Origin: Candidatus Undinarchaeota archaeon
Lineage (GTDB): Archaea; SpSt-1190; JASMDC01
Assembly (NCBI GenBank): GCA_964519305.1
Contig: CAZFHY010000003.1
Span: 98,211-162,210 of the forward strand
DNA length: 64,000 bases
Direction: 5' to 3'
In this document: one piece after another, positions 19,823 to 27,569 of the stretch
How the letters are laid out: each line of letters begins with the position of its first letter
How positions within the stretch are numbered: position 1 is the first letter of the stretch
The notes under the pieces: generated by a model
Databases searched by the model: none
Seen by the model: only the letters and a program-made list of their open reading frames with translations
Told to the model about the DNA's origin: nothing
Position numbers and translations under genes: made by a program

Positions 19823-21079
19823 ATGGACATCAAGGACCTGCAGATCACCCAGACACGACTCGACGAGGTTAACGCCGTTCTCACGGACCCCGCTAATCCG
19901 CTCGTCGCTGACCTGCTCAAGCTCATCGAGAAGTACGGAGGCATCGAGGAGATTCGCCGGAAGGCCGCCGAGGCCGGGAAGGTGGATAACCTCATGCGAC
20001 GCCTTCGAGAGATGGGCTCGCCGCATGTCAAGGACCTGGAGTGGCTCATCGAGCAGAAGGATAACGGCGCGTTCATCACCATCGACGACTATCGGAAGAG
20101 GACGCTGGGCGACAAGGCCAAGGGCATGACCTTCGATACGACCTCGGCCGTCACCCTCGAGATCAGCGCATGTCAGTACTTCTCCTTCTTCATGGCGCAG
20201 GCCCGACAGGCCATCGAAAAGGGAGAGCTCATGCCCGGCCGCTTCATCCGCGTCCGTAACATGAAGGAGCAGGAGGAGGACGGCGACCTACTGGCCATGA
20301 CCGCTGCTATGCAGATAATCGGTGCTACCTGGTGCGAGACCCTGGACACTAAGGGGACCGATGGGTCCAACGTGCACCTTGGCGGCCCGGAGACCATCAC
20401 CGGTTACTTCGGTGGGGTGGGCCAGCCCAACGAGTACGCACTCAAGTGGGCGGACGAGTTCCTCTACTATCACACCAACTACGGAGTGAAGCAGGTGCTC
20501 AACATCAATCCGGGCACGGTGCTCGTTGGCTACCTGATCTATCGTCTCGGAGTCGACATAGAGTTCAAGATATCGGTGTTCATGGGCAACGACAATCCGT
20601 ACGCTGTTATGTGGACGCTCATGCTCGCGAGGCTTCTTGCCCGTGAGGATGGCACGACACCCCTCATCGGGTTCAACTTCGCCAACTCCGTGGACAATGC
20701 GACCATCGAGTCAAGTTCCCGTGTACGCAAGGCGCTGGGCCTTGAGATGAACGTACGATTCGAGCATCACATCACCGAGACCTGGAAGAGCATCGTACGT
20801 CAGCCCTACAACCGGCGGGACGAGCTCATGGAGATCGCACCTACGGTGCCCAACATCTCGGCCAAGCACGAGGGAGGCGAGGTCGATGTGGACGGTAAGC
20901 GTGACCACCCGTCGGACATCCTCGACTACTTCGTACCGCGTGCGGACATCGAGGCACAAGGGCTCATGGAAGCGATGACCCGGAACTATCTGGACAAGCA
21001 CGAGTCGGTGAACATAACTGCTCGGGAACTGACGGAGCGCGGCCAGACGATCGTTGCGGCGACCGAACTGCACAAGTAG
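19823..21079 (+). CDS. Uncharacterised soluble 418-aa protein, probably an alpha/beta enzyme
   Basis: GAGGA upstream, codon usage like its neighbour; motif-like segments LEISACQYF, ETLDTKGTDGSNVHLGGPETITGYFGG, FEHHITE, SAKHEGG; 32 nt after the aldolase-Fae gene. Confidence 0.75.
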   Translation: MDIKDLQITQTRLDEVNAVLTDPANPLVADLLKLIEKYGGIEEIRRKAAEAGKVDNLMRRLREMGSPHVKDLEWLIEQKDNGAFITIDDYRKRTLGDKAKGMTFDTTSAVTLEISACQYFSFFMAQARQAIEKGELMPGRFIRVRNMKEQEEDGDLLAMTAAMQIIGATWCETLDTKGTDGSNVHLGGPETITGYFGGVGQPNEYALKWADEFLYYHTNYGVKQVLNINPGTVLVGYLIYRLGVDIEFKISVFMGNDNPYAVMWTLMLARLLAREDGTTPLIGFNFANSVDNATIESSSRVRKALGLEMNVRFEHHITETWKSIVRQPYNRRDELMEIAPTVPNISAKHEGGEVDVDGKRDHPSDILDYFVPRADIEAQGLMEAMTRNYLDKHESVNITARELTERGQTIVAATELHK

Positions 21080-21104
21080 GGCATCTACGGTCCCAAAAGG
21101 AGGG

Positions 21105-21112
21105 TATAAATA
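21105..21112 (+). promoter_or_regulatory. TATA box of paralog 1 (leaderless spacing)
   Basis: ggagggTATAAATA; TATA starts 32 nt before the ATG at 21137. Confidence 0.7.
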
Positions 21113-21136
21113 GGCCTTGGAGGGCCTTGAATACCC

Positions 21137-21649
21137 ATGATGCTCGACATGGACGTTGCCGACGGTGATTATGGCCGGGCGGACGCTGTTGAGGGATACA
21201 GTTCGACCGATGACCTCTCGGCAAAGGACGTCGGCTACGCCGCACTCGCAGCAGGTGTCATTGGTGGCGGCATCGCCCTGTACCAGGCCAACGAGTCGGG
21301 TGCCCTTGACGATTTCAAGGACTACATGACCCGTCCTCACCCGGACGGGCGTGCGATCTCGGCGATCCGGTGCATCGAATCAGATTATGCTGACACTCCC
21401 CATCACATGCTCGCTCACGACCTTGCCCGTGTGGTCCAGGACTCCGAGGACGGCTCGTTCGGTGACTATAAGCCCACGACCACAGCAGGGTGGGAGCTAC
21501 GCAAGGCCATCGAGACGGATTTCGAGTATAATCCGAGCCATATGACCGCCTCCGCTGTCGCGAAGTACCTCCAGGTGGACGGCAACATGCACGATGGAGA
21601 TTTCTCCGCGTGGATCAAGGACGGTAACTACATCTGGAAAGAGCGCTAG
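21137..21649 (+). CDS. Unknown 170-aa single-TM protein, tandem paralog 1
   Basis: Acidic N-terminus, TM VGYAALAAGVIGGGIALY, internal two-fold repeat; collinear with the next gene. Confidence 0.85.
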   Translation: MMLDMDVADGDYGRADAVEGYSSTDDLSAKDVGYAALAAGVIGGGIALYQANESGALDDFKDYMTRPHPDGRAISAIRCIESDYADTPHHMLAHDLARVVQDSEDGSFGDYKPTTTAGWELRKAIETDFEYNPSHMTASAVAKYLQVDGNMHDGDFSAWIKDGNYIWKER

Positions 21650-21678
21650 GCGCATTATCCCTCCGCCCCAACGGAGGG

Positions 21679-21686
21679 TATATATA
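21679..21686 (+). promoter_or_regulatory. TATA box of paralog 2 (leaderless spacing)
   Basis: ggagggTATATATA; TATA starts 32 nt before the ATG at 21711, the same as copy 1. Confidence 0.7.
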
Positions 21687-21710
21687 GCGTTCATCGGCCT
21701 CGAAGCACGT

Positions 21711-22223
21711 ATGATGCTCGACGTGGACCTTGAGGGCGTGGCCTATGGCCGGTCCGATGCTGCGGATGGCTATGCTACGACGGACGACCTGTCCGGTAAA
21801 CAAGTAGGGTACGCAGCTCTTGCCGCAGGTGCTATAGCTCTGGGCATCGGCCTCTACAAGGCCAACGAGTCGGGCGCGCTAGACGAGTTCAAGGAGTACA
21901 TGACCCGTCCTAATCCTGATGGACGTGCCGTTGCGGCCATCCGGAACATAGAATCCGGGTACACGACCAAGCTCCATCACATGATGGCCGCTGACATGGC
22001 ACGTGTGGTCCAGGATTCCGAGGACGGCGTTCTGGGCGATTACACGCCGAACTCCGGCTGTGGTTGGGAGCTCAAGAAGGCCATCGAGAGCGGGTTCGAG
22101 TACTCGCCCAAGCATGGTGCTGCAGCAGCAGTTGCCCGCTACCTCCAGGTGGACGGCGACATCCATGACGGCGACTTCTCGGCGTGGATCGAGGATAAGA
22201 ACTACATCTGGCACGAGCGCTGA
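21711..22223 (+). CDS. Unknown 170-aa single-TM protein, tandem paralog 2
   Basis: Starts MMLDVD like copy 1 (MMLDMD); shares ANESGALD, YMTRP, ARVVQDSEDG, YLQVDG, DGDFSAWI. Confidence 0.85.
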   Translation: MMLDVDLEGVAYGRSDAADGYATTDDLSGKQVGYAALAAGAIALGIGLYKANESGALDEFKEYMTRPNPDGRAVAAIRNIESGYTTKLHHMMAADMARVVQDSEDGVLGDYTPNSGCGWELKKAIESGFEYSPKHGAAAAVARYLQVDGDIHDGDFSAWIEDKNYIWHER

Positions 22224-22235
22224 TCGGTCGCGTCA

Positions 22236-23291
22236 TCACGGACCTGTTGATCTAGTGGCGTTCACTTGATCCGATGTCGCTTCTAGGGCCGGTCTTACGA
22301 GTTCCTCTGCCATAAGGCCATGCGCCCTTGCGTTAGGGTGATGGTCGGTCGGATGGACCCAGAGCTCCTGATCGGGGATTCCCTTGAGCACGGGGAGCAT
22401 GTCAACTACCCGTATCCCCTGCTCCCTACAGAAATCGGTGATCTGGCTGTGGATGTCGGTGAACGGATGGTCGTTCAGCCTATGGATGAGCGGTAACACT
22501 GCGACCGTGAGCGCGATGTCATTCTCACGACAGTAACTGGACATGGCAGCAAGGTCATCTGAAGCCCGCTCCCACCGGTCCGCGCGCTCCCCGACATAGA
22601 AGGAGCGGTACCAGGATTCTACTTCGCTAGTTCGCTGCCGGCTCGCACGCTGGGCCGATATGAGATCGTATAGTGCGCTCACCGATCTCCTGTCGCCACT
22701 GGCGTCGGCCATCCGGTTCATGAGGTCGTCCTCGAACGGGGCCATGTCGCTCTCGGGTATGGGATCGTTGAGAGTGTAGGCCACGACCACGGCATGTGGT
22801 CTCACTAGCGGCGAGTAGTCGCGCAGACGGGCGAGTTCGTCCGCAGTGCCGTACCCGGATAACGCCGCGTTGAGCACCTGGTACCGGACATCTACCGGTG
22901 CTCGCTCTTGGAGCGATCTCTCTAGAAGATAGGGGAACGCTTCATCGAGCGCCACACCCTCCCCGAAGGCGAAGGAATCGCCCAGCACCATGATACGAAT
23001 TACATCGTCCGACATATCGGGGAACCGGTCAGGACCGCGCATTCCGATTGAGTTGATACGGTAGACCATGCGGCCGTCCTGCGGGAGAGTCCTGTAGGGA
23101 TCGCCGTCGTACATGTGTACGAAGGTCGCGTTCACACGGTTGTCGTAGGTGGCCACCTTCCCGTTCAAAGGAGGTGGTACGAGAAGCCGGGTAGCGAGCT
23201 CCATCATGAGGAGCGCGAAGAAGATGCCACCTAGAACCATAGCTATTCGCCTGGTGTTCTCCTGCGAACTCACCTCCGTCATTGTGATCAT
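22236..23291 (-). CDS. Membrane-anchored SGNH/GDSL hydrolase-family protein
   Basis: N-terminal TM, INSIGMRG, LGDSFAFGEG (block I), NAALSGYGT, LND, DHHPNARAH (block V). Confidence 0.85.
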   Translation of the reverse strand: MITMTEVSSQENTRRIAMVLGGIFFALLMMELATRLLVPPPLNGKVATYDNRVNATFVHMYDGDPYRTLPQDGRMVYRINSIGMRGPDRFPDMSDDVIRIMVLGDSFAFGEGVALDEAFPYLLERSLQERAPVDVRYQVLNAALSGYGTADELARLRDYSPLVRPHAVVVAYTLNDPIPESDMAPFEDDLMNRMADASGDRRSVSALYDLISAQRASRQRTSEVESWYRSFYVGERADRWERASDDLAAMSSYCRENDIALTVAVLPLIHRLNDHPFTDIHSQITDFCREQGIRVVDMLPVLKGIPDQELWVHPTDHHPNARAHGLMAEELVRPALEATSDQVNATRSTGP

Positions 23292-23390
23292 AGCGCGGCC
23301 GACCAATAAAAATGTGTCGTCAGGTATAGCTGAAGGGATCTTGTCTATGTATTGTCGTGGACACTCTGTAGTATCCTGGCCCTTACATTA

Positions 23391-23570
23391 TCATCCGAAG
23401 AGCTTGCCGGCATGAGCCCAGTTCTCACCGGGCACTTCGTCGAAGATTACATAGATGTACTGTGGGGGCTTGCCGCATACCTCCTGGAGCGCATCTGTGA
23501 AGCGCTTGGAGAGTTCTTCCTTCTGCTCGTGGGTAAGCGATCCTACGAGCTTCACGTTCACCACTGGCAT
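23391..23570 (-). CDS. 4-oxalocrotonate tautomerase-family protein
   Basis: 59 aa with Pro1 after Met removal (MPVVNVK), EQKEEL, VIFDEVPGENWAHAG. Confidence 0.9.
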   Translation of the reverse strand: MPVVNVKLVGSLTHEQKEELSKRFTDALQEVCGKPPQYIYVIFDEVPGENWAHAGKLFG

Positions 23571-23621
23571 GAGCTCCCTTAGAGGCGGGAGCAATAAAAA
23601 AGTGATGTAGTGGGACGTTCG

Positions 23622-25130
23622 TTACTGCTCCTCCTCTATGGTCCTGGGGATGATGAGCTCCATTATCCGCTGCTTGATGACGTCGTCAGACCATGCCTCG
23701 GCCCACGGTCGGTTGATGGCGAGGACCGGTGCGTCGAGATCACGCTTCGCATTCCTGATCATAGTCCTGTCGCGAGCGTATATGACACAGGTACTTGCCT
23801 TGATCTCGTTCGCGAGCTTGATGGCGTCAGCAGCGTCCGTGCAATCGACCATGGGGAGCACAGGTCCCGGGACACCTTCACGGACGAGAGAGCTCTTTGC
23901 TGCAAGATCGACGAACACGGTGGGTTCAATGAACCAGCCCGACCGTTCGATGCGGCTCCCACCTATCACGAGCCGACCCTCTTCTCGGCCGGTCTCCATG
24001 GCCATGATTGAACGGTTGAGCGCGTCCTCGCTGACAACAGGCCCTATATCGTTGGCAGCATCCCTTGTAGGACCAATGGCGAGCTCGTTGGTAAGACCCA
24101 CTATCGATCCGACCAGCTTCTCACGCACATCGGCCGCAACGATGACCCGAGCGCAAGAGAATGGTGACTGACCTTGGAACATGAACGCCGATGTGACAAT
24201 GCCCTCGGCCGCGAGCTCAAGGTCGGCGGACCTATCGACGATAACGGTCGTTGAGCCCTCGATGTCCGCTATCACACGCTTGAATCCGCGTGATCCCTTG
24301 GCAGTTCGTGTGGCATGAGTGTAGGCGCGTTCAGCGCTCTCTCGGTCACCGCATACGGCGATGTAGCTGATCCCCTTGTGCTCCATAAGGCGGTCGCCCA
24401 TCTCTGCGTCCGCGACCGGGCATAGGTTGACGATCCCCGGTAGCAGTCCCGCCTCATGCAAAAGTTCCACGAAACGTGCCGCAGCCACCGGGAAGGTGAG
24501 GGAGGGGATGATGATGACGGTATTGCCTGATCCAATGCATGCGGCCATCATCCCTGCCATGTCGGCGAGGGGGGAGCAGGAGGCACAGACCATGAGACCA
24601 GGTCCCCGCGGAAGGTAACTATGCTCTTCCACTTCGCCGGGGCAGGGTACTTCGGCTCCACCCTTGGCGAGATCCAACAGCATAAGGGCTGTCCGTTCGA
24701 TGCGATCGATCGCATCGGCTATCTCCTCGATGGCATCGTTCCAGCTCATACCGGCCTCTAGCATGAGACCGGCCGCGAGCTCAGGCCATCGCGATCGCAA
24801 GGTGTTCGCCACAGCAAGGATGTCCGTTGCTCGTTGTCCCGGGGATACGGTCCGCCACTCTGTGAACGCTTCCGCAGCTTTCTTTACAGCGAGATCGGCG
24901 TTCTCAGCATTGGCCGTGCAGAGCTCACCTACGACCTCCTCCGGATTAGAAGGGTTCAGGGACGTAACGGTCCGCTCTGTGATGATGCGATCACCACTAA
25001 TAATGAGGGGGTGGATTGTCCCGAAGGAGTCCTCCACATCGTGCACTGCAGCCTCTACTGCAGCCTGATCGCTCTCCCACGTAGGATCAACAAGGGACTC
25101 AGGATCGGATATCTGTGCCATAATGAACAC
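23622..25130 (-). CDS. Aldehyde dehydrogenase-fold protein (RocA/P5C dehydrogenase-like) with degenerate active site
   Basis: HPLIISG, SLNPSNPEEVVG, GNTVI, LLPGIVN, AFMFQGQ, IGPVV, GWFIEPTVF; catalytic residues are substituted (see findings). Confidence 0.85.
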   Translation of the reverse strand: MFIMAQISDPESLVDPTWESDQAAVEAAVHDVEDSFGTIHPLIISGDRIITERTVTSLNPSNPEEVVGELCTANAENADLAVKKAAEAFTEWRTVSPGQRATDILAVANTLRSRWPELAAGLMLEAGMSWNDAIEEIADAIDRIERTALMLLDLAKGGAEVPCPGEVEEHSYLPRGPGLMVCASCSPLADMAGMMAACIGSGNTVIIIPSLTFPVAAARFVELLHEAGLLPGIVNLCPVADAEMGDRLMEHKGISYIAVCGDRESAERAYTHATRTAKGSRGFKRVIADIEGSTTVIVDRSADLELAAEGIVTSAFMFQGQSPFSCARVIVAADVREKLVGSIVGLTNELAIGPTRDAANDIGPVVSEDALNRSIMAMETGREEGRLVIGGSRIERSGWFIEPTVFVDLAAKSSLVREGVPGPVLPMVDCTDAADAIKLANEIKASTCVIYARDRTMIRNAKRDLDAPVLAINRPWAEAWSDDVIKQRIMELIIPRTIEEEQ

Positions 25131-25188
25131 TTAGGGATAAGACCCGCCCTAGTTTTAAAAATCGCACGCCTCAAGCGGCCTCGTAGCT

Positions 25189-25503
25189 TCACTTCGAGTT
25201 CTTCGCTTTTGTCTTCGTGTTGGCAGCTACGCTCTCTAGGAGGCTTTCGATCCGGTCCATCCTATCTTCATGATCCATGCGGATCGTGTCTATCTTGAAG
25301 AAGAGTGAGGTGAATCCGAGGGTCACGGCCACCAGGAATATGAGGGCGAAGTCGACCGCCACGACGAGGAACCTGGTCGTATGGTCGCTCGAGGCCAGTT
25401 CTTGTACGGAGAGTGAGAAACGCATTGTGACGTAGCTCGCGAACACGAGCACGATCGCCATCACGGCCCCGTAACCGATGGAAAGGCGACGCTGTTCAGG
25501 CAT
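25189..25503 (-). CDS. Small two-TM membrane protein with coiled-coil tail
   Basis: Two hydrophobic helices; GGTGA upstream; operon spacing. Confidence 0.65.
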   Translation of the reverse strand: MPEQRRLSIGYGAVMAIVLVFASYVTMRFSLSVQELASSDHTTRFLVVAVDFALIFLVAVTLGFTSLFFKIDTIRMDHEDRMDRIESLLESVAANTKTKAKNSK

Positions 25504-25513
25504 TGAACATCAC

Positions 25514-26011
25514 CTATGCTTCATCATTTATATCCTCCGACATCTCGCCCGGGAGCTCCGAGATTTCCTCGTAAGGCGACAAGTCGAGGGTCGCAAAGGC
25601 GTCCTTCCATTCATCTATCCTATGAGTATGTATTGCAGCTGCCAGCAAGGTGAACGATATGGTGAGTGTCGGACAAGTGAATACCTGGGTCAAGCCGACA
25701 AGGAGGGCGAGGGGAATGACCAGACCCGCGATAGACAGGAACGCAAGGTATTCCTCATGTCTATGTCGGACCACTTCGGCCAGACCTGAGATGAGCACGT
25801 ACCATAGAATTAGCCCCGCCATTATGTTACGGACACTACGCGATGATCCACACGATGTGGACGAGGTGAGGAAGCTCAACGACACGAAGAGCAAGAGGCC
25901 AACGAGAGCTATCCTATAGAGCTTGTTGGGCCATGAACGTTCTGCTGGTCCGGTCGATTCTACGTGGGCGGAGGATCCATCCCGGTCCGATGCTTCGGGT
26001 TCGGAGGCCAT
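25514..26011 (-). CDS. Four-TM hypothetical membrane protein
   Basis: Hydrophobic segments; 11 nt downstream of rpoH. Confidence 0.65.
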   Translation of the reverse strand: MASEPEASDRDGSSAHVESTGPAERSWPNKLYRIALVGLLLFVSLSFLTSSTSCGSSRSVRNIMAGLILWYVLISGLAEVVRHRHEEYLAFLSIAGLVIPLALLVGLTQVFTCPTLTISFTLLAAAIHTHRIDEWKDAFATLDLSPYEEISELPGEMSEDINDEA

Positions 26012-26022
26012 GCTTAATAGCG

Positions 26023-26439
26023 CTAATCACGACCCAGGGCGGCGACGACGACACGGTAATAGTATACCTCGCCGGCAGTCTGTGACATTCGCTTGATCCT
26101 GATGATGTCCCCGGGCTTCGCATTGAGCGATACCACGGCGGGGTCCTTCTGGAGGATCTTGGGGATCTGTCGCAGGTCGACATTATATTGCCCGAGGAGC
26201 TCATCGATCTCATTCTGAGGGATGACCTCGTGGTTGGGGACAAGATCGTGAATGAAGAGGTCGAAGCTGGCCCCACGGTATTCAGCGTAATATTCCCGAA
26301 GCGTAACAGCATCCAGGTTATCGGCAAGTCTTTGGATGAGCTCCTTCTTCTTCCCCTTCGTCTGGAGTTTCTCCTCCTTGGCGATCTCACCAAGCTCTTT
26401 GTACCGTAGATTGTTCAACAGTGATTCTATACCGATCAT
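26023..26439 (-). CDS. rpoH: RNA polymerase subunit H (Rpo5) with an N-terminal SAP-like domain
   Basis: C-terminal HDLVPNHEVI..IPKILQKDPAV..AKPGDIIRIKRMSQTAGEVYYYRVV is Rpo5; N-terminal LNNLRYKELGEIAKEEKLQTKGKKKELIQRL matches the SAP consensus. Confidence 0.9.
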   Translation of the reverse strand: MIGIESLLNNLRYKELGEIAKEEKLQTKGKKKELIQRLADNLDAVTLREYYAEYRGASFDLFIHDLVPNHEVIPQNEIDELLGQYNVDLRQIPKILQKDPAVVSLNAKPGDIIRIKRMSQTAGEVYYYRVVVAALGRD

Positions 26440-26450
26440 AGCTTCTCACC

Positions 26451-27542
26451 TCATCGTCTTTTTCGGGGCGTGACCTCTTTCTCGAGGCGCTTGAACGCCT
26501 TGGAGGTGCACGCGATTAGATCCCAGCTGGTGGCCGTTGCTGCATGTACCTTGAGCCCCGCGACCGCACGCACTTTGACCTCGTACTCGATCTTGGCCTT
26601 CCTATCATGGAGGCGCTTGACATGGACATGGACCTTCTCGAGGTCGGTCAGGAAGGTTGAGAGCTTTTGGACATACTCACCTGTGACCTTCTTGAATACA
26701 CCGACCGTGAAACCCTCTTCCTCATCAAGACCCTTGATTTGAACGAGCGCACGTCGTCCTGATGGTTCGATGAGCCTTTGAAGGATGCCCTTCCGCGTGA
26801 CGAGCCCGATGGGCTCACCGGTCTCATTTGACACAGGGACTGCGCGAAGCCGATTATCGAGCATGAGCTTGATAGCCTCTGTCACAGGGCGATGCCGCTC
26901 AAGTACATGTGATTCGCGAGGCATTATGGACGTGATCGGATTGCCGAGCGCATGATGTTTGATCCCTGCCAACTCACCTCTTGTCTCGCGCTCCATCGGA
27001 TGGATGAGGATTGAGATGAGGTCGCGGCCTTCAACCATCCCGCTGAGCTGGAAGTTGTCGTTGACCACGATGAGCCTGTTGACACGATGGTTCTTCATCA
27101 ATGCACGGGCGGTGTCGATGCTCTCCTTCTCATTGATGGTGATGGGTGAGAGGCTCATGAACTCCTCGACCGCCTCGTCACCTTCGTACTGTTTAAGGAT
27201 ATCATCGATGCAAACCGCACCCAGAAGATTGCCTTTGTCCACGACAGGGATTGTCTCCACACCGGACTGAAGCATCTTCTCAGCAGCGCTTTCGACAGTG
27301 TCCTCTGGCTGGATGGTTGGGGGCGGGAACATCACGGTGCGGATCTTGGATGTCGTCGGATTGATAGTACCGTCGAGGACACTGTGGATAGTGAGCATCC
27401 CTTCGAGCGTACTGTTCGACACGACGATCATCTCCCTGATCGACTTCCTTGTCATCTCGCTGATGGCCTTGACGACCGATCCGTCAGCGGATGCTTTGGG
27501 AACATCACTGCGGATCATGTCACGAGCAGAACTCTGCATCAT
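26451..27542 (-). CDS. Four-CBS protein with C-terminal HPF/RaiA-like domain (candidate archaeal ribosome hibernation factor, HibA-type)
   Basis: Four CBS repeats; C-terminal VQIKGL..KVHVHVKR..YEVKVRA..AATATSWDLIACTSKAFKRLEKEV fits the HPF fold pattern; GGAGG before ATG 27542. Confidence 0.75.
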   Translation of the reverse strand: MMQSSARDMIRSDVPKASADGSVVKAISEMTRKSIREMIVVSNSTLEGMLTIHSVLDGTINPTTSKIRTVMFPPPTIQPEDTVESAAEKMLQSGVETIPVVDKGNLLGAVCIDDILKQYEGDEAVEEFMSLSPITINEKESIDTARALMKNHRVNRLIVVNDNFQLSGMVEGRDLISILIHPMERETRGELAGIKHHALGNPITSIMPRESHVLERHRPVTEAIKLMLDNRLRAVPVSNETGEPIGLVTRKGILQRLIEPSGRRALVQIKGLDEEEGFTVGVFKKVTGEYVQKLSTFLTDLEKVHVHVKRLHDRKAKIEYEVKVRAVAGLKVHAATATSWDLIACTSKAFKRLEKEVTPRKRR

Positions 27543-27569
27543 GGTCGTCCCTCCATGGAGGAACAATTA

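Noticed and set aside
21081-22223. Repeated DNA as a possible CRISPR array or mobile element
   Set aside because: It is a diverged gene duplication of ~575 nt with no short identical repeats, spacers, terminal repeats or cas/transposase genes.
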